Assembly: GCA_964016885.1 (NCBI GenBank) | Contig: OZ024743.1 | Span: 283,216,001 to 283,280,000 of the forward strand | Source of the DNA: Eledone cirrhosa | Taxonomy: Eukaryota | Direction: 5' to 3' | DNA length: 64,000 nt | Shown here: positions 51,889 through 63,920 of the stretch, piece after piece | How positions within the stretch are numbered: the first letter of the stretch is position 1 | How the letters are laid out: each line of letters starts with the position of its first letter | Position numbers and translations under genes: made by a program | The notes under the pieces: generated by a model | Databases searched by the model: none | The model's input: the letters and a program-made list of their open reading frames with translations, nothing else | Told to the model about the DNA's origin: nothing

Positions 51889-54233
51889 TTAATTGTAAGT
51901 TGTGATGTTGCTGTTCCACTCATATTTTCTATTTAATTTTGGTTGTAATTCTTTTATGTTTATTGCCTCTGTAATTTGTCTAAACATTGCGTCTTTTCTC
52001 TGTGTAGATTCTATTTTTATTTCTATGTTCTCTAATTTACCCTTGTGTTCTATCTTAGCATGTTGGTAGAGTACAGATGATTATTTATTATCTTGAAGGT
52101 CTCGCCAGTGTTCATTTATCCGTTCCCCTACACTACGAGCTGTCTCACCTATGTACATTATATTTTTGTCTCTACATTGTCCTTCAGTACATCTTATGCT
52201 ATACACTACATTTCTAGTTTTACAGTTAATATGGGGGCTTATTTTACAGGTTATACATTTCTTATCTATACATGAGGGTCTTTGAAAAGGGTATGTCTTG
52301 CTAATAAGTGTTTTTACGGAGGTACCTGGTCTTTCTACTATCTTAATATTGAGTTTATGTTTATTTAGGGCCCTTCTAAATTTGTAAGCTAATTCACCTC
52401 TAGGGGTTGTATTGATGAACATTACACTCTGGTATTTATTGCTATCATACCATGAGTTTATTCTATTAGCCTTGTTCCTAGTTCTTTCTATTCTATTCCA
52501 AAATTTGCTCCTATACAAGGGGCAGGTCCCATTTATGTCATTATTTACCATTTTTTCCCATTTGGTTCTGGCTCCTCTATACACTCTGATTTTATCTCTC
52601 TGATTGTAGCCAGAGAACTGCATACGGTGGATGAAGTGTTGTATGTGTCTCTCTAGTTCTTCGGGGTTGCACATGCGGGACACATTTCTCATCACCCGTA
52701 CCAAATCCGCAATCAGTATGTTGATTTTGGTATGGTCCGAAATGGCCGAGTTTCGGTGGATCAGATGTTTGGAAGTCATGGGTTTGGCATAATGGGAATG
52801 GAGGATTTGTTTTTTGTTGTTAATGGTATCTAACCAGAGCTCTGTGTCTAGTACAGGTAATCGATGGTTGGGGTGTTTACTTGGGTAGTCTATAGTAACT
52901 CTAATGCTCTGGTGGATGGAGTTTGCTATTTGCTGGATGCTTTCCATTGTGTTTTTCTCTAGTTCCTGACTGTTCTCTAGTGGGGGTGTCTTAACTACGA
53001 TGTTTATATCATCTACGTAGCGGGAGTACATTATCAGGGTTAAGGGGTCTTCTAAATGTTCTTTAAGTTTAAGTTTAAGTCTACTGTCCCACCATACCAT
53101 GAATAAGTTAGCTATGTCGCCTGCAATGCTAACACCAATGGCTGATCCTTCCTCTTGGGTATATGTTTTTCCATTAAATTTGAACATATGTTCCTTAAGG
53201 GTTAGTTTTATGCTGGCCCCTACCGCATGTGCAATCATTTTCTTCAGTTCATCGTGGTTTTCGGGTGTCCGTATGGCTCTGGTCCACCCGTTCCATCTAT
53301 CTGTGTGGGTTTTCTTGGCCATTGAGGTAATGGTAGGTGGTCTGCCTCTTGCTGGTCTTGTAGGGCACAGGTTGCTAAGGTCATATGTGTCTAGGTAACT
53401 ATTACTATAGGTAAGCTTAAGTAAGAGTCCCAGCTCACTGGTATCAATCCCACGGAACTCAACCTTGCTCTCACTGATCATTTCTACGCATTTCTCCACA
53501 GCAAAATCCACGTCAATAGATGGATACAGGGACACAACATCCATACTGCCTATTATGCAGTTTGTTAGGTCCCCAGATCGGTTACTCACGCCGATTCTGC
53601 TGAGGAGGTCCTCCGTGCTGTCACATACATCTGGGGACATTTCAATGATGGGGCGTATGATCAGGGAGAGGAAGTAGGACAGTCTGTAGTTACTAGCAAT
53701 GTTAGCCCCACAGACTGGCCGTGTTGGTGGTCCCGCGACAGGGTCACAGCCCGTTTTATGGTCTTTTCGAAGCCCATACAACGCCGGCACGTCATTGTTC
53801 CAGGCCTGGAAGTTGTTGGCAGTCCTTTTGTTGGGCTGCATTATATTCGTCCACATCAGCATATGGGCATTGAGGGCTTTTTCTCTATCCTCATGCTCCT
53901 GTGGTGTTACCTCTCTTGTGTTAGTGATATGGGGTTGCATTGCCTGGATGTAGTTTGGCAGGCTGTCAACCGACATTCTGCCAGACTTGTCTGTTGGAAA
54001 GCATGCTATCTCTCCATTACGTGAGCGCTGCATGAGCTTACGCAAGCCATTTGCAGATTTTTCTCCCAGTTGCTGGGCCTCCATTCTATTATGCTTCTTG
54101 CTATACTGTTCTATAATATTTCTAAGTTCGGATCTAGCTATACTAAATTGTGCTTCAGTTTGTTCATCGACCTGCGACGGCAATTGCGTGCGTTTGTTAA
54201 ATGGTAAAGTCGTGGCGTGGACTCGTCGCAGGT
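51889..54233 (-). pseudogene. PLE RT + GIY-YIG ORF, 5'-truncated, with one in-frame TAA at 52081-52083
   Basis: PTDKSG, LYGLRKDHK, PTRPV, SMDVVSLYPSI, G.AIG, RYVDD, LPVLD and NVVYSIRC..YIGETARS..R..EH. The frame continues past the TAA (YQHAKIEH..RQITEA..LNRKYEW) to a stop at 51889. Confidence 0.92.
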
Positions 54234-54336
54234 CGGATGTGGCGCATGCGCAGACGGAGCACACAACACACACACAGAAACAAAATGGCGTAGGACAGAA
54301 CAAAGGAGAGGCACAGAAACAAAGAAAGGAATCCCC

Positions 54337-54381
54337 AGTCACTGAAGAGGTCACAGAGTGTGTGACGAAAGAACTATGACT
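54337..54381 (+). ncRNA. Minimal type I hammerhead ribozyme, inverted pLTR
   Basis: AGUCA-CUGAAGA-G-GUCACA(GAGUG)UGUGAC-GAAA-GAAC-UA-UGACU. Confidence 0.7.
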
Positions 54382-54557
54382 ATATATAAACAACTATCTG
54401 GTTGTGGAACCAACCAACCAACCAGAAATTTATAGATTTATAAATTTATAAATTTATAAATATATAATAAATTGAAGTGAAAGCAACTGGTGCGTGTGTT
54501 TCTTATTGGCAACATGACCCTCCCAATTTATAAATATAGTTTCCATTTATTTAATAT

Positions 54558-54595
<38 letters not shown>

Positions 54596-54729
54596 TAATA
54601 AATGAACAGAGAAAAAAAAACAGAGAGGCAGTAGAGAGAGAGAGAGACACAGAAAATATGGATTTTAGGATGTATAAAAACATAATCGTAGATGTGAACT
54701 TATCTCTCCATTCAAGCGCAGTAATGCTT

Positions 54730-55400
54730 GACTTACAGCAGAAATTTACCGTACTGATATATTATAACGTTTGGAAACCAGTGAAATGGGGATTCAAACT
54801 GGTTGAAAATAGTATTGAAGTTCTGATCCGGATCGCTTTTCCACAAGCAAATACTACAAATGGTTTTGGTACCGAGTACTAACATTTGCCATGCTACTCA
54901 ACAGAACTACAAAAAATAAAATATTTTTGTGAACTTGCTCGTTACTAAGTCTGATGTAAAATGGCGACTATCGTTGGATCAGATTGCTAAGTCAAGTCGA
55001 ATTCAGCAAGAAAGCCAATCATACAATAATATATATTTAATTGTTTCTACTTTTGGAACAAGGCCAGCAATTACTTAAGTGCATTATTGGTGCTTTATTT
55101 TATCGACTCCGTAAGGATGAAAGGCAAAGTTAACCTCGGCGAGATTTGAACTCAGACCGTAAAGGGCCATAATTCTGTGCTGCAAAGCATCGTGTCTGAC
55201 CCTCTACCGATACTGCCAATCCACCGCCCTTAGTATGTATTTAATGCACGGCAATCGGACCCGACAAAGTCCACTGGCCCGAATTTATTAATGACCTCAT
55301 CAAACTTTAGATTGGTGATACTGAATAAGTTATTACAAATGGCGCGCGACTACATCCCGGAAATGATCACAGATTCATAGATTAGCACGTGAACCTTCTT
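54730..55400. promoter_or_regulatory. Candidate housekeeping promoter / first-exon region
   Basis: Locally CpG-retaining, apparently unique DNA. YY1-like AAATGGCG (54959, 55337), GACTACATCCCGGAA (55348), ATTGG (55311) and a minus-strand GTAAGT donor at 54736. Confidence 0.45.
55038..55229 (-). mobile_element. Meta-like tRNA SINE
   Basis: Full-length reverse copy, colinear with 59990-60176. Confidence 0.8.
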
Positions 55401-57478
55401 GTCACAGTCTATGACGAAAAGTCTTGGATTACACATAAAGAAATATTCCTTCATTCTCTTTGTCGGATAGTCGGATGGCAAGGTATTGGTGCTGTGGTGT
55501 TTTTAAGCCTATGGTAATGCTTTTTTGTGATATCTTTAGTTTCTGGCTACAGTTGATAATAATAAGACAAAGAACAAACTATTCTTTCGCGACATAAAAA
55601 ATGCGAAAAGTAAAGAAGGCCTTTATGGCTGAACAACACATTGAATATGAGCGTCATCAGCCTGAAACAATTATTCTGGAAATATGCAAAACGCATCTAT
55701 ATCGTTATACACAATGGGTATTTATGATATCCTTTGGTAATTACAATTAATTGTTAGCACCAAGCCACCCGATAATATCTACCTGCCAATTTATCAACAC
55801 CAAATCTCCAATAATAAATTAGCGTCTTTTCAGTTGTGTGAGATAGAAATAACAAATCAGCTACTAGAAACACCATACATACAGATAGATATGTAAGATA
55901 AATCGCCACAGACAAAAGAAAAAAGAAACTTCTGATAGAATAAATAATGAAATCAACAAAGTAAACCTAACGTGTTTGTTAAATAATGATAATAATTATA
56001 CGAGGGTATCAAGGTGTTTTTGTCTATTATATATTCTGGTGGAGAAAACGAAGGGTGGATGGACGAATAAATATAGCTTCAATAGCACAATTTTCTGTTA
56101 TTAGAGATGTATGCAATAAAACGTTAGTTTATTTAAATAGATGATTCAGATAACCGACACACCTCATTGTTCTTCTCACTTTTACCCTTTTGTCTACTGC
56201 TAAATTCAATATCACCATTGGGAAATGAATACAAACAGTCTGCAGCGTTTGAAATGCTCACAAACGAGAGAATATATGAACGACATGGCGTCTTTCTTTG
56301 CATGTGTATTTAGCGGTGATTGTATGATTTCGACATATTTTATTTTAAATGGCGTCTTATGTAATTGATAAAACAAATGATTTAACATTGTGGTCCATAT
56401 TTACACACACACATACACACACGCAAGCATACGAGCATACATCATACATATGTACCTACGTACATACATATATGCGTACGTACGTACGTATCAATGTATA
56501 TACCACCATCATCATCACAACTTTTTTTCAATACTATACATGTCGTTTTCCATCATTTAAAGACTCGTTTTTCAGGAGGATGGAAACGATTTAAAGAAAC
56601 ATTATTTTATTGCGGTGCAAAAGGTTGTATCCTAGTGCTGATACTCGTGTGTGCGTGTTAATGGATGGATACGCCGTGGGTGAGTGCGTCCATCCTCCAA
56701 ATGCCACTTGTTCTCTGAGCCCAACCACGGCTGGGGTCCCATCCAGCCATTACTAATTCCAGTCTAGATATGCCTGAGGCTCCTCTATATTTGTCCTCTC
56801 CTCAGCTCTTAAAGAAGTCGAGCAGTATCACTCGTGTCTCACTGCAGTAGCAGTAAGAAAGGAAGTGTTCCAACTGTAACAATTTCTTCCACTTTTCTTG
56901 TGTCAAACTCAATCGACACACTTTAAAATCCCTGCACCGGTAGAACTGCTTGTGTTGCCTAACCTGCTGTAGTGGAATAACACTCTCGACGCCACATCTG
57001 ACACAGGGTCACGGAAAAATGGGGACATAAACCCACACCGGCCAGAGGAGGTCTTGGTAGTGATCTCCCACCACAGGTAGTTGTGGAAAGTCATCATCAG
57101 GATCCCCAAGGCAGACCACACTCTTGTTGCCAAAATACAAGCATCGTCCATCGACCAGACCCTCGCTACCGACGACCTGCAATACTAGAGCAAATTATTC
57201 ATACATACAGATACATACACATGCGTAGCTGTTAACAGAAGATCAGAAATGGTTTCAGTATTTCCCAGCATTACAGTATCACTCCCTTCAGCTGTACTGA
57301 ACAGTAATGATGCTACCAGGCAATGTCCAAGTTTTTTTAACCCTACATTATTCAGGTAATCCAAGGGAAAAAGCAGCACTATTCATGAGGTTTTGCAGAC
57401 TTCTTCTAAATTAATAAGATCAACATTTTTGAATGCACAATAATATGGCTAATGGAAAATACCTCTGTTCATCACTAC

Positions 57479-57510
<32 letters not shown>

Positions 57511-59642
57511 CCACCACCACCACCACCACTACCACCACCATCATTATCATTATCATTTAATGTCTGTTTTTCTTGCTAGCAAGGGTTAATCTGGTTATCA
57601 GTGACCCAGTCAATTCCTGGCTTGAGTCACTGACTTTCCAGATGGGCCAAAGGAGTACATCTTGCTTACATATGTTCACATATTATACAGAGTGTACTCA
57701 GTGTATTTTATTGTTGCATCAAGCATTAAAGAGGTTGTTATGCCTTTGAGCATTTGTTTGGTGAGTTTTCTATGACTGGATGCTCTTCTTATTAACAAAC
57801 ACTTTATAGAGTGTATTGTATGCCTTTTACAGTGGCCTAGCAGTAGAGAAGTTATTAGGTCCTTAACACAACTGAAGAGTCCTTGCAACCTTTTTTTTTA
57901 GTTCTGTATATTAAATAGAAATATGGGAGGGTCACACATTTTTGATTTTAAAAAATTCTATCAACTAAGAATATCCAAACAATTGGTTGTCAAAAGTTCC
58001 CTTTGGGGATGTTTATAATTTAAAAACAAGAAGAGAAATCTATTCTATTCTGCATTGTTTAAATTATTAATTTGTTCTGTCTGTCTGCACACTGAATTCA
58101 AATCCTACCAAAGTCAACTTTGCTTTTTATCTTTCAAAGTCAATAAGTAAAGTACCAGTTCAGGAACAGTGGATTGGTAGAATTGTTAATGCATCAGAGG
58201 AAATGTTTTACACTTTCTGTTCTGGATCTGTATGTTTGCAGTTCAAATCCCACTCCTATCACCAGAAAAACAGTAGTACTTCTACCAGGAGTTGCAACTG
58301 ACAGATGTCAGCAATGGAAAGAGCAATAGAAACAGTTTATTTTGTCTCATCTGAGGATTGGCCTTTTCCTACCTATATTATTAAAAAGTTCTGATCAACT
58401 GATCCTATTGGAGTTATATCCCTTGTTCATTGTTTTTTTTTATGTTAAACATCCCTAGAAGGACTTTTGTCTACTAATTGTTTGACTAAAGATTTTCAAA
58501 ACACATATGTTAATATATGTTAACATACGATAATTGAACTCTGGTAGTTTGATACCAGTAGAGAAGTAGAAAGTTTGAGAGTGTTGCAGTTCAGGGGAAG
58601 AAATATTGACGACAGTATTTAGTATAGCAAAGTCTGGGAGTAAGACACAACAAAGTGGTGAGAGAGGGGACACATTGTAGGACCAAATAATCATTATCAT
58701 TTTATGCCCACTTTCCATGCTAGCAAGGGTTGGGTGAGTTGTCCCAGTCTGAGACTAGACAGGTCGGGAAAGCATGTCTTGCCTATACATTCCATGCAAT
58801 AGGACTAAGTAATAATTTTAAAAACATTAATTGAAAGCTAGTTTATACAGTTATAAAGAAAACTGTAAATCTCCCATGAGAACACACTGAAAGTAACATC
58901 TAAACAGAAAAGATGACTTAACTGCTTAATGCTACAGAAACAAGCAATTATATTAAATTATTGTGTATGCAAGATGATTGAAGATTATGTAGTTGAGTTT
59001 ATGATTGACTCAAATCTCTTGACGAATTTCTTTTTATCTCATTTGGGAAATGTAATATTAAATTCTCTATGTTTACAGGACATTTCTTCTAACCGTGTCT
59101 GATATTTTCCCCAAGATGCTATATTTTTTACTGTTTTATCTGATACTTGTATTTATTATGTCTAAAAGAAAAGAAACAAGTATTTGTTTACTGGCTTTTA
59201 AATATTAGGTGGCAAATTAGAACATCAGGTTGAATGCTTTGTTGTGTTTGTTCTGGCATGCTGCACACCTAGTTCAAATCCCATTGAGGTCAACTTTGGT
59301 TTTTAAATCCTTTCAAGTTCAATAAATAAAGTACCACTCAAGTACTGGGGTCGATCACTCTGTCTGTCTCTCTGTCTCTTTCTCAGAAGAAGACAAAATC
59401 AGCTGTGCTCTGACCTGGAAAGCAATGGGCTCTCCCAGGCTTAAGTCATATAGCCAGGCTCTAGTCATATATCATAACAGTACCCCTACAACTCTATCAG
59501 GAGTTCAGGATCCCAGTTCTTCACATATCAAATAGGTGTATGTATGGCTGTGTGATTAAATAGCTTGCTTGGCAACCATATCATTCTGAACTCCATTCTA
59601 CCTGGCAACATCTTGAACCAGTATTGCTTACTATCTTGGGTC

Positions 59643-59770
59643 GACCAATACCTTGGCTTGACCAATGTCTTGGGTTGACCAATACTATGGCTTGATCAAT
59701 ATCTTGGGTCAACCAATACCTTGGATAGACCAATACCTTGGCTTGACCAATACCTTCGCTTGACCAATAA
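59643..59770. repeat. 17-bp minisatellite (GACCAATACCTTGGCTT consensus), about 7.5 units
   Basis: Unit starts at 59643, 59660, 59677, 59694, 59711, 59728, 59745 and 59762. Confidence 0.9.
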
Positions 59771-59989
59771 CTTGTAAGTAGAATTTGGTTGATGAAAGTG
59801 CTGCAATGATTCATAGTATAAATGTGTATATATGTGTCCAACCCTTGTGATCAGGGAAAGCAGACATTAAAACAATGATGATGAGGAAGATGTGTCTGTA
59901 TCTGTGTCTATATCTCTGTTTACAGTGGTCTCTTCTAAAAACTAGTGTTGTTATTCATTATGTTCTGTAACTTCTTAGCTTGACAGATA

Positions 59990-60176
59990 ATTGTTTCTAC
60001 TTTAGGCACAAGGCCAGCAATTACTCAGTGCATTACTGGTACTTTATTTTATCGACCCCATAAGGATGAAAGGCAAAGTCAACCTCGGCGGGATTTGAAC
60101 TCAGATCGTAAAGGGACGTAACTATGCTGGAAAGCATGGCGCCTGACCCTCTACCGATACTGCCAATCCACCGCCC
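59990..60176 (-). mobile_element. Young Meta-like tRNA SINE with TSD
   Basis: Flanked by CTTAGCTTGACA(G/A)ATAAT at 59974-59991 and 60176-60193. Confidence 0.85.
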
Positions 60177-60255
60177 TTAGCTTGACAAATAATGGTTCAT
60201 AAAATAAATACCAGACTGGAATAAATAACTACAAGAGTCAATATGATCAACTAAA

Positions 60256-60474
60256 CCCTTTAGCATTTAAACCGGCCATATCTGGCCAGAACTCTCTCAC
60301 CTCTTTCTGTTCAAACCAGCTGTAACTGGCCACTCATACTTACATTAAGGTATTGTTCTCAATAAATAGCATCAAAATCTCGTAGATTCGATATTATGTG
60401 AGATAATTATGTAAGATAAAGCCTTTACAGTGAAAATACAATAGTATATATAGAGTAATGTAAATGCTAAAGGG
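60256..60474. mobile_element. piggyBac-type MITE
   Basis: CCCTTTAGCATTTA/TAAATGCTAAAGGG TIRs, TTAA on the right side. Confidence 0.8.
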
Positions 60475-61257
60475 TTAAAGATGGAATCTTATCAGAGTCA
60501 CATTCCAATGGTTGAAACCAGCAATAAATAAATAAATAAAATAAAAGAATGAAGAAATTCGATGAGACGAATATATAAGTTGTTGACCATTAACTCTTTT
60601 GATACCAAATGGACTGATGTGGGCCCTGGTTCTACAATACATGGCTGTTTGTTTTAAAGTATTTGTATTAATCTAAAAACTTTTGTTAAGCAATAATATT
60701 TACAATTAAAAAATTATATTATAATATTCAAATGAAACAAAAAAAAGAGGAAGGGAAAGAAGAAAAAGAAAATTAAGTAATGAACAAAGGGGGAGAGGAT
60801 GGGGGGACAGCTCTACACCCCAGTCTGAGCAGTGATTTGGCTGTACTCTGCAGACAAAATGGCAAAGGTATTGCCATAGAGAATGGCCAGTATTGAAAAA
60901 AATGGCATTTTAAATTTACTTTACTTCAATTTCCAAATCAAACGGTTCAACTGTTGAGTTATATTCAGACATTGTATGTACGTCCATTGAAAATATTATG
61001 TTGTATATGAAAATGGAAATAAATATGTATATTCCAAACAGAAATGTTAATTTATATTTCTATATTATTGTCTTTTAGTCGATTTTGTTTTTTCATTCCA
61101 TATCTTAAATTAACTGTTCTGTGTCATCACCTCTATGAAATTGTGTTTATACAATTTCATGTTGCTAAAATTTCATGCTATTTTGTATGACTTCATTCTG
61201 ATTAAAGATGCTTTGTAGATTCTTTAGAGGTTATTTCTTTCAATGGGAATTCAGATT

Positions 61258-61292
61258 ATAGTGCACCTGAGCACTGTACACAATAATTTTCA

Positions 61293-61323
<31 letters not shown>
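61258..61323 (+). mobile_element. Extreme 3' tip of the CR1-type LINE
   Basis: TAGTGCACCTGAGCACTGTACACAATAATTT..(ATT)n matches 10531-10575. Confidence 0.7.
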
Positions 61324-61490
61324 AAAATATGTTTCATAAAATTCTCTGATTAACTCCGCTATCTCCAATGGCAAATGTCATGAATAAGAGTTCATGACAT
61401 TTGTCATTGGAGAGTTCATAGGTTCTGAAAAGTTCATAGTTTCTCTCTTCAGTGATCACCAGTATAGTTTCTACTTAGTTATCTACTATA

Positions 61491-62065
61491 CAAGGGTCAG
61501 CCGAAAAGTTCATAGGCTAACTATGAAGGAGTGAGGCTAGAGCTGTGAAATCTTTCATGTATTAATTTCAACTCTTCTTATAACAGTGACACTGGGTTGT
61601 GTGTATAATGTTTATTTAACAGGGTTGAGTTATGTAGAGCAGAATAGTTGACATGCCAAGAGAGTTGAAAGGATGAATTAAAGTTATTTGTATTACCGTT
61701 TTGAAGTCATCTCGCAAGAGACCAAGTGGTCTTTACATTACCATGTTCAGGTTGCCAGAGAGTATAGCCTCAGCGAACACGCCTGGCCGAAGGGCCAGGC
61801 AGGTTAGAAGAGAGGGAGAGAGCTGAAAGCTCTCTCTTTTATAGGGTCCCAGGACGGAAGTGACAAAGAAGGTTCTGCCACCTCAACGGGAAGTAACTCC
61901 AGCTACTTCCTGTCTAGAGAGCACTACTGGTGATAGGGGAGGCAACTCTTGCTACAGGTCTTTCCACGCACTCTGTTGAAAAATAAACTTTATTTAGTTA
62001 TGCTATAAGAGTATTTTTATCAGCCTCTAAACTTTTCAGTCTACAAACTATTCAGCCGACCTTCC
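61491..62065. mobile_element. Mariner-type MITE interrupted by a ~370-bp insert
   Basis: MITE halves at 61491-~61584 and ~61957-62065. Confidence 0.7.
61585..61956 (-). mobile_element. Solo-LTR-like insert
   Basis: On minus: begins TGTAGCA, TATAAAA at 61837-61843, and AATAAA near 61611-61616. Confidence 0.5.
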
Positions 62066-62369
62066 TATTTGGAATTGACAAGAGCAATTGTTTATGTTAT
62101 TTACAGAAGTCCACAATGAAATAACTAAATGTTAAGCTATGTTCCAAGCATCAACTTAATCATACTAAATTACATCAAATTCTTGATGACTTTCAAAATT
62201 ATTTGAAAATTCTAAGCAGCATTTTTCATTAGGAATATGGCAATAAAAAAGTTAAACAAATGTTTAAACATGTATATATATATATCAGACATTTTGAATA
62301 CTGATTTAAGACAGAAAATAAAAGTGTAGCATGAATATAAACATGACTCAAACAACATATTTATCAGAG

Positions 62370-62668
62370 ACAGATGATCTGAGAAAGAAACTGACTATAA
62401 GAGGTATCAAGTGTAGTGTGCAAAAGAGGTTACTGCACTGGTATGGACATGTATTGGGTATTCATAATATACATTGCATGAAGAAGTACCAGGAGTTTGA
62501 AGTGTAGGAAAGCTATAGAAGAGGAAGACCAAGAAAAAGCTTGGTAGAAGTGGTGAGAGCAGATCTCAAAATGCTGAATCTCACAAAGATGACAAAGGGA
62601 CATAATTTGTGGAGGGAGGGTGTGCTGGAAAAGACCCATCAAACCCATGCAAGTATGGTAAAAATAAA
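62370..62668 (+). mobile_element. Decayed RTE LINE 3' fragment
   Basis: LHWYGHVL..RGRPRKAW.EVVRADLK. Confidence 0.75.
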
Positions 62669-62744
62669 AGGGCTGGTTTTTTTTTGTTTTGTTTTGTTTT
62701 TTTTTCATATCAAAATAAAATTAAAATTATAGTACCTAATTTAA

Positions 62745-62987
62745 CCCTTCTGATATCAAACCACCTGAAACTGCCTCTGGTTATATGATACAAAACTGCT
62801 TGTTTTAAAGAGTTTATATTTATCTAAAAATCTTCCCTCTTAATTTCATCTCAGAACTTTTTAAAGTTATGTTCTAAACACCAGCTTGATAATGAGAAAG
62901 TTAGTTATGTTAATAAATCCCTCCAAATTGTTCATTATTTTCCAAATTATCTGAATGTATTTCATTGGAAATAAGGTAATAAAAGGG
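62745..62987. mobile_element. Second piggyBac-type MITE family
   Basis: TTAA|CCCTT ... AAGGG. Related copies near 900-1105, 31265-31531 and 60595. Confidence 0.5.
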
Positions 62988-63660
62988 TTTTATAACCAGA
63001 AATGCAGTCACCTTGCAAATGATAGAACTACATGGTTCAAGTCCTGTTAATGGTCAGCTAGTCTTTCATAGCTCAAATTGATACTCATAATATCTAATAC
63101 TATTTTGATTAAGATCTTAGCAACAATTCGTTATTCTAATGTTAGACTTAATGCATTTATTAATCAGCTTTTTTTATGGTGAATTAATCAATCTTTTTAC
63201 TCAAGTTCATTCAGTTCAAACAAAATATTTTGTACATGAGCCTTATTATGGTTGTTTTATCTCTGCAGTATCTTTTGTGCCATTTTCTCAGGAACATTGC
63301 ATGTGTTTCTCTACTTAAGTCTTTGAACAGCCATTATTGATTTGAACTTGGAGGCATTCACTTCACTGTTATTAAAAGGAATCACGCCTTTCTCTATCTC
63401 CTACTTTGTGATCATTTTCAATAATGTATTCAAAATTCTAGTGAGATTGGTAGATTTATGACCAATTGTATCAGTGACAGGATATTAATTCATATATATT
63501 TATTGAATTATGAGGTGTACATAATACAGGTCTTAAATAAGCATCCTTTCAAATACATCTGAAATCCAGTGATTTCAATATATTAAATGAATTTTAGGAT
63601 ATGTTACCCATAATTTTCTCACCAAATCCCATGTTTTTTCTTTCTTGTATTGCAAAGCTT

Positions 63661-63920
63661 CATCCTCACTACCATCACCATGGTCATCATTACCATCACC
63701 ATCGTCATCATTACCATCACCACCAACACTACCATCATCATCCTCCCCATTATCATCATCATCATCTTCACCATCACAACACCATCACCACCAGCACTAT
63801 CATCATCATCCTTATCATTATTGTCATCATCATCATCATAATCTAACCACCACCTTACTCACCTCTGCCACACTCACCACTACCAATACCACAACCACCA
63901 TCATGATCATGATCTTCATC
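63661..63920. repeat. Degenerate (CAT/CAC)n array
   Basis: Directly visible. Confidence 0.9.

Larger units (their letters stand above)
51429..54526 (-). mobile_element. Young Penelope-like element (Nematis-like, tentative) with inverted pLTR and 12-bp TSD
   Basis: 293-bp arms 51499-51791 and 54234-54526. TTTATAAATATA at 51417-51428 and 54527-54538. Confidence 0.9.
51039..54562. mobile_element. ORF-less pLTR fold-back, related to the 26031 family, split by a younger PLE
   Basis: Left arm 51132-51284, 15-nt spacer, right arm 51300-51428 resuming at 54527-54562. Hammerhead cores decayed (GAAA to GTAA/GTAT). Confidence 0.75.

Noticed and set aside
52081-52083. Selenocysteine recoding as described for some Naiad PLEs
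   Set aside because: The codon is TAA, not TGA, the position is not a Cys site, and the endonuclease is C-terminal.
53099-54379. Plus-strand ORFs over the PLE, and minus-strand ORFs over the RTE and CR1
   Set aside because: Antisense shadows of retroelement ORFs.
56640-57185. GC-richer segment as a host exon
   Set aside because: No consistent frame or splice sites; possibly a decayed retroelement, but I could not assign it.
59643-59770. CRISPR-like periodicity
   Set aside because: Contiguous tandem units without unique spacers, in a eukaryotic context.
61816-61840. Rho-independent terminator (hairpin + T run)
   Set aside because: Eukaryotic DNA; the T run is better read as a minus-strand TATA box.
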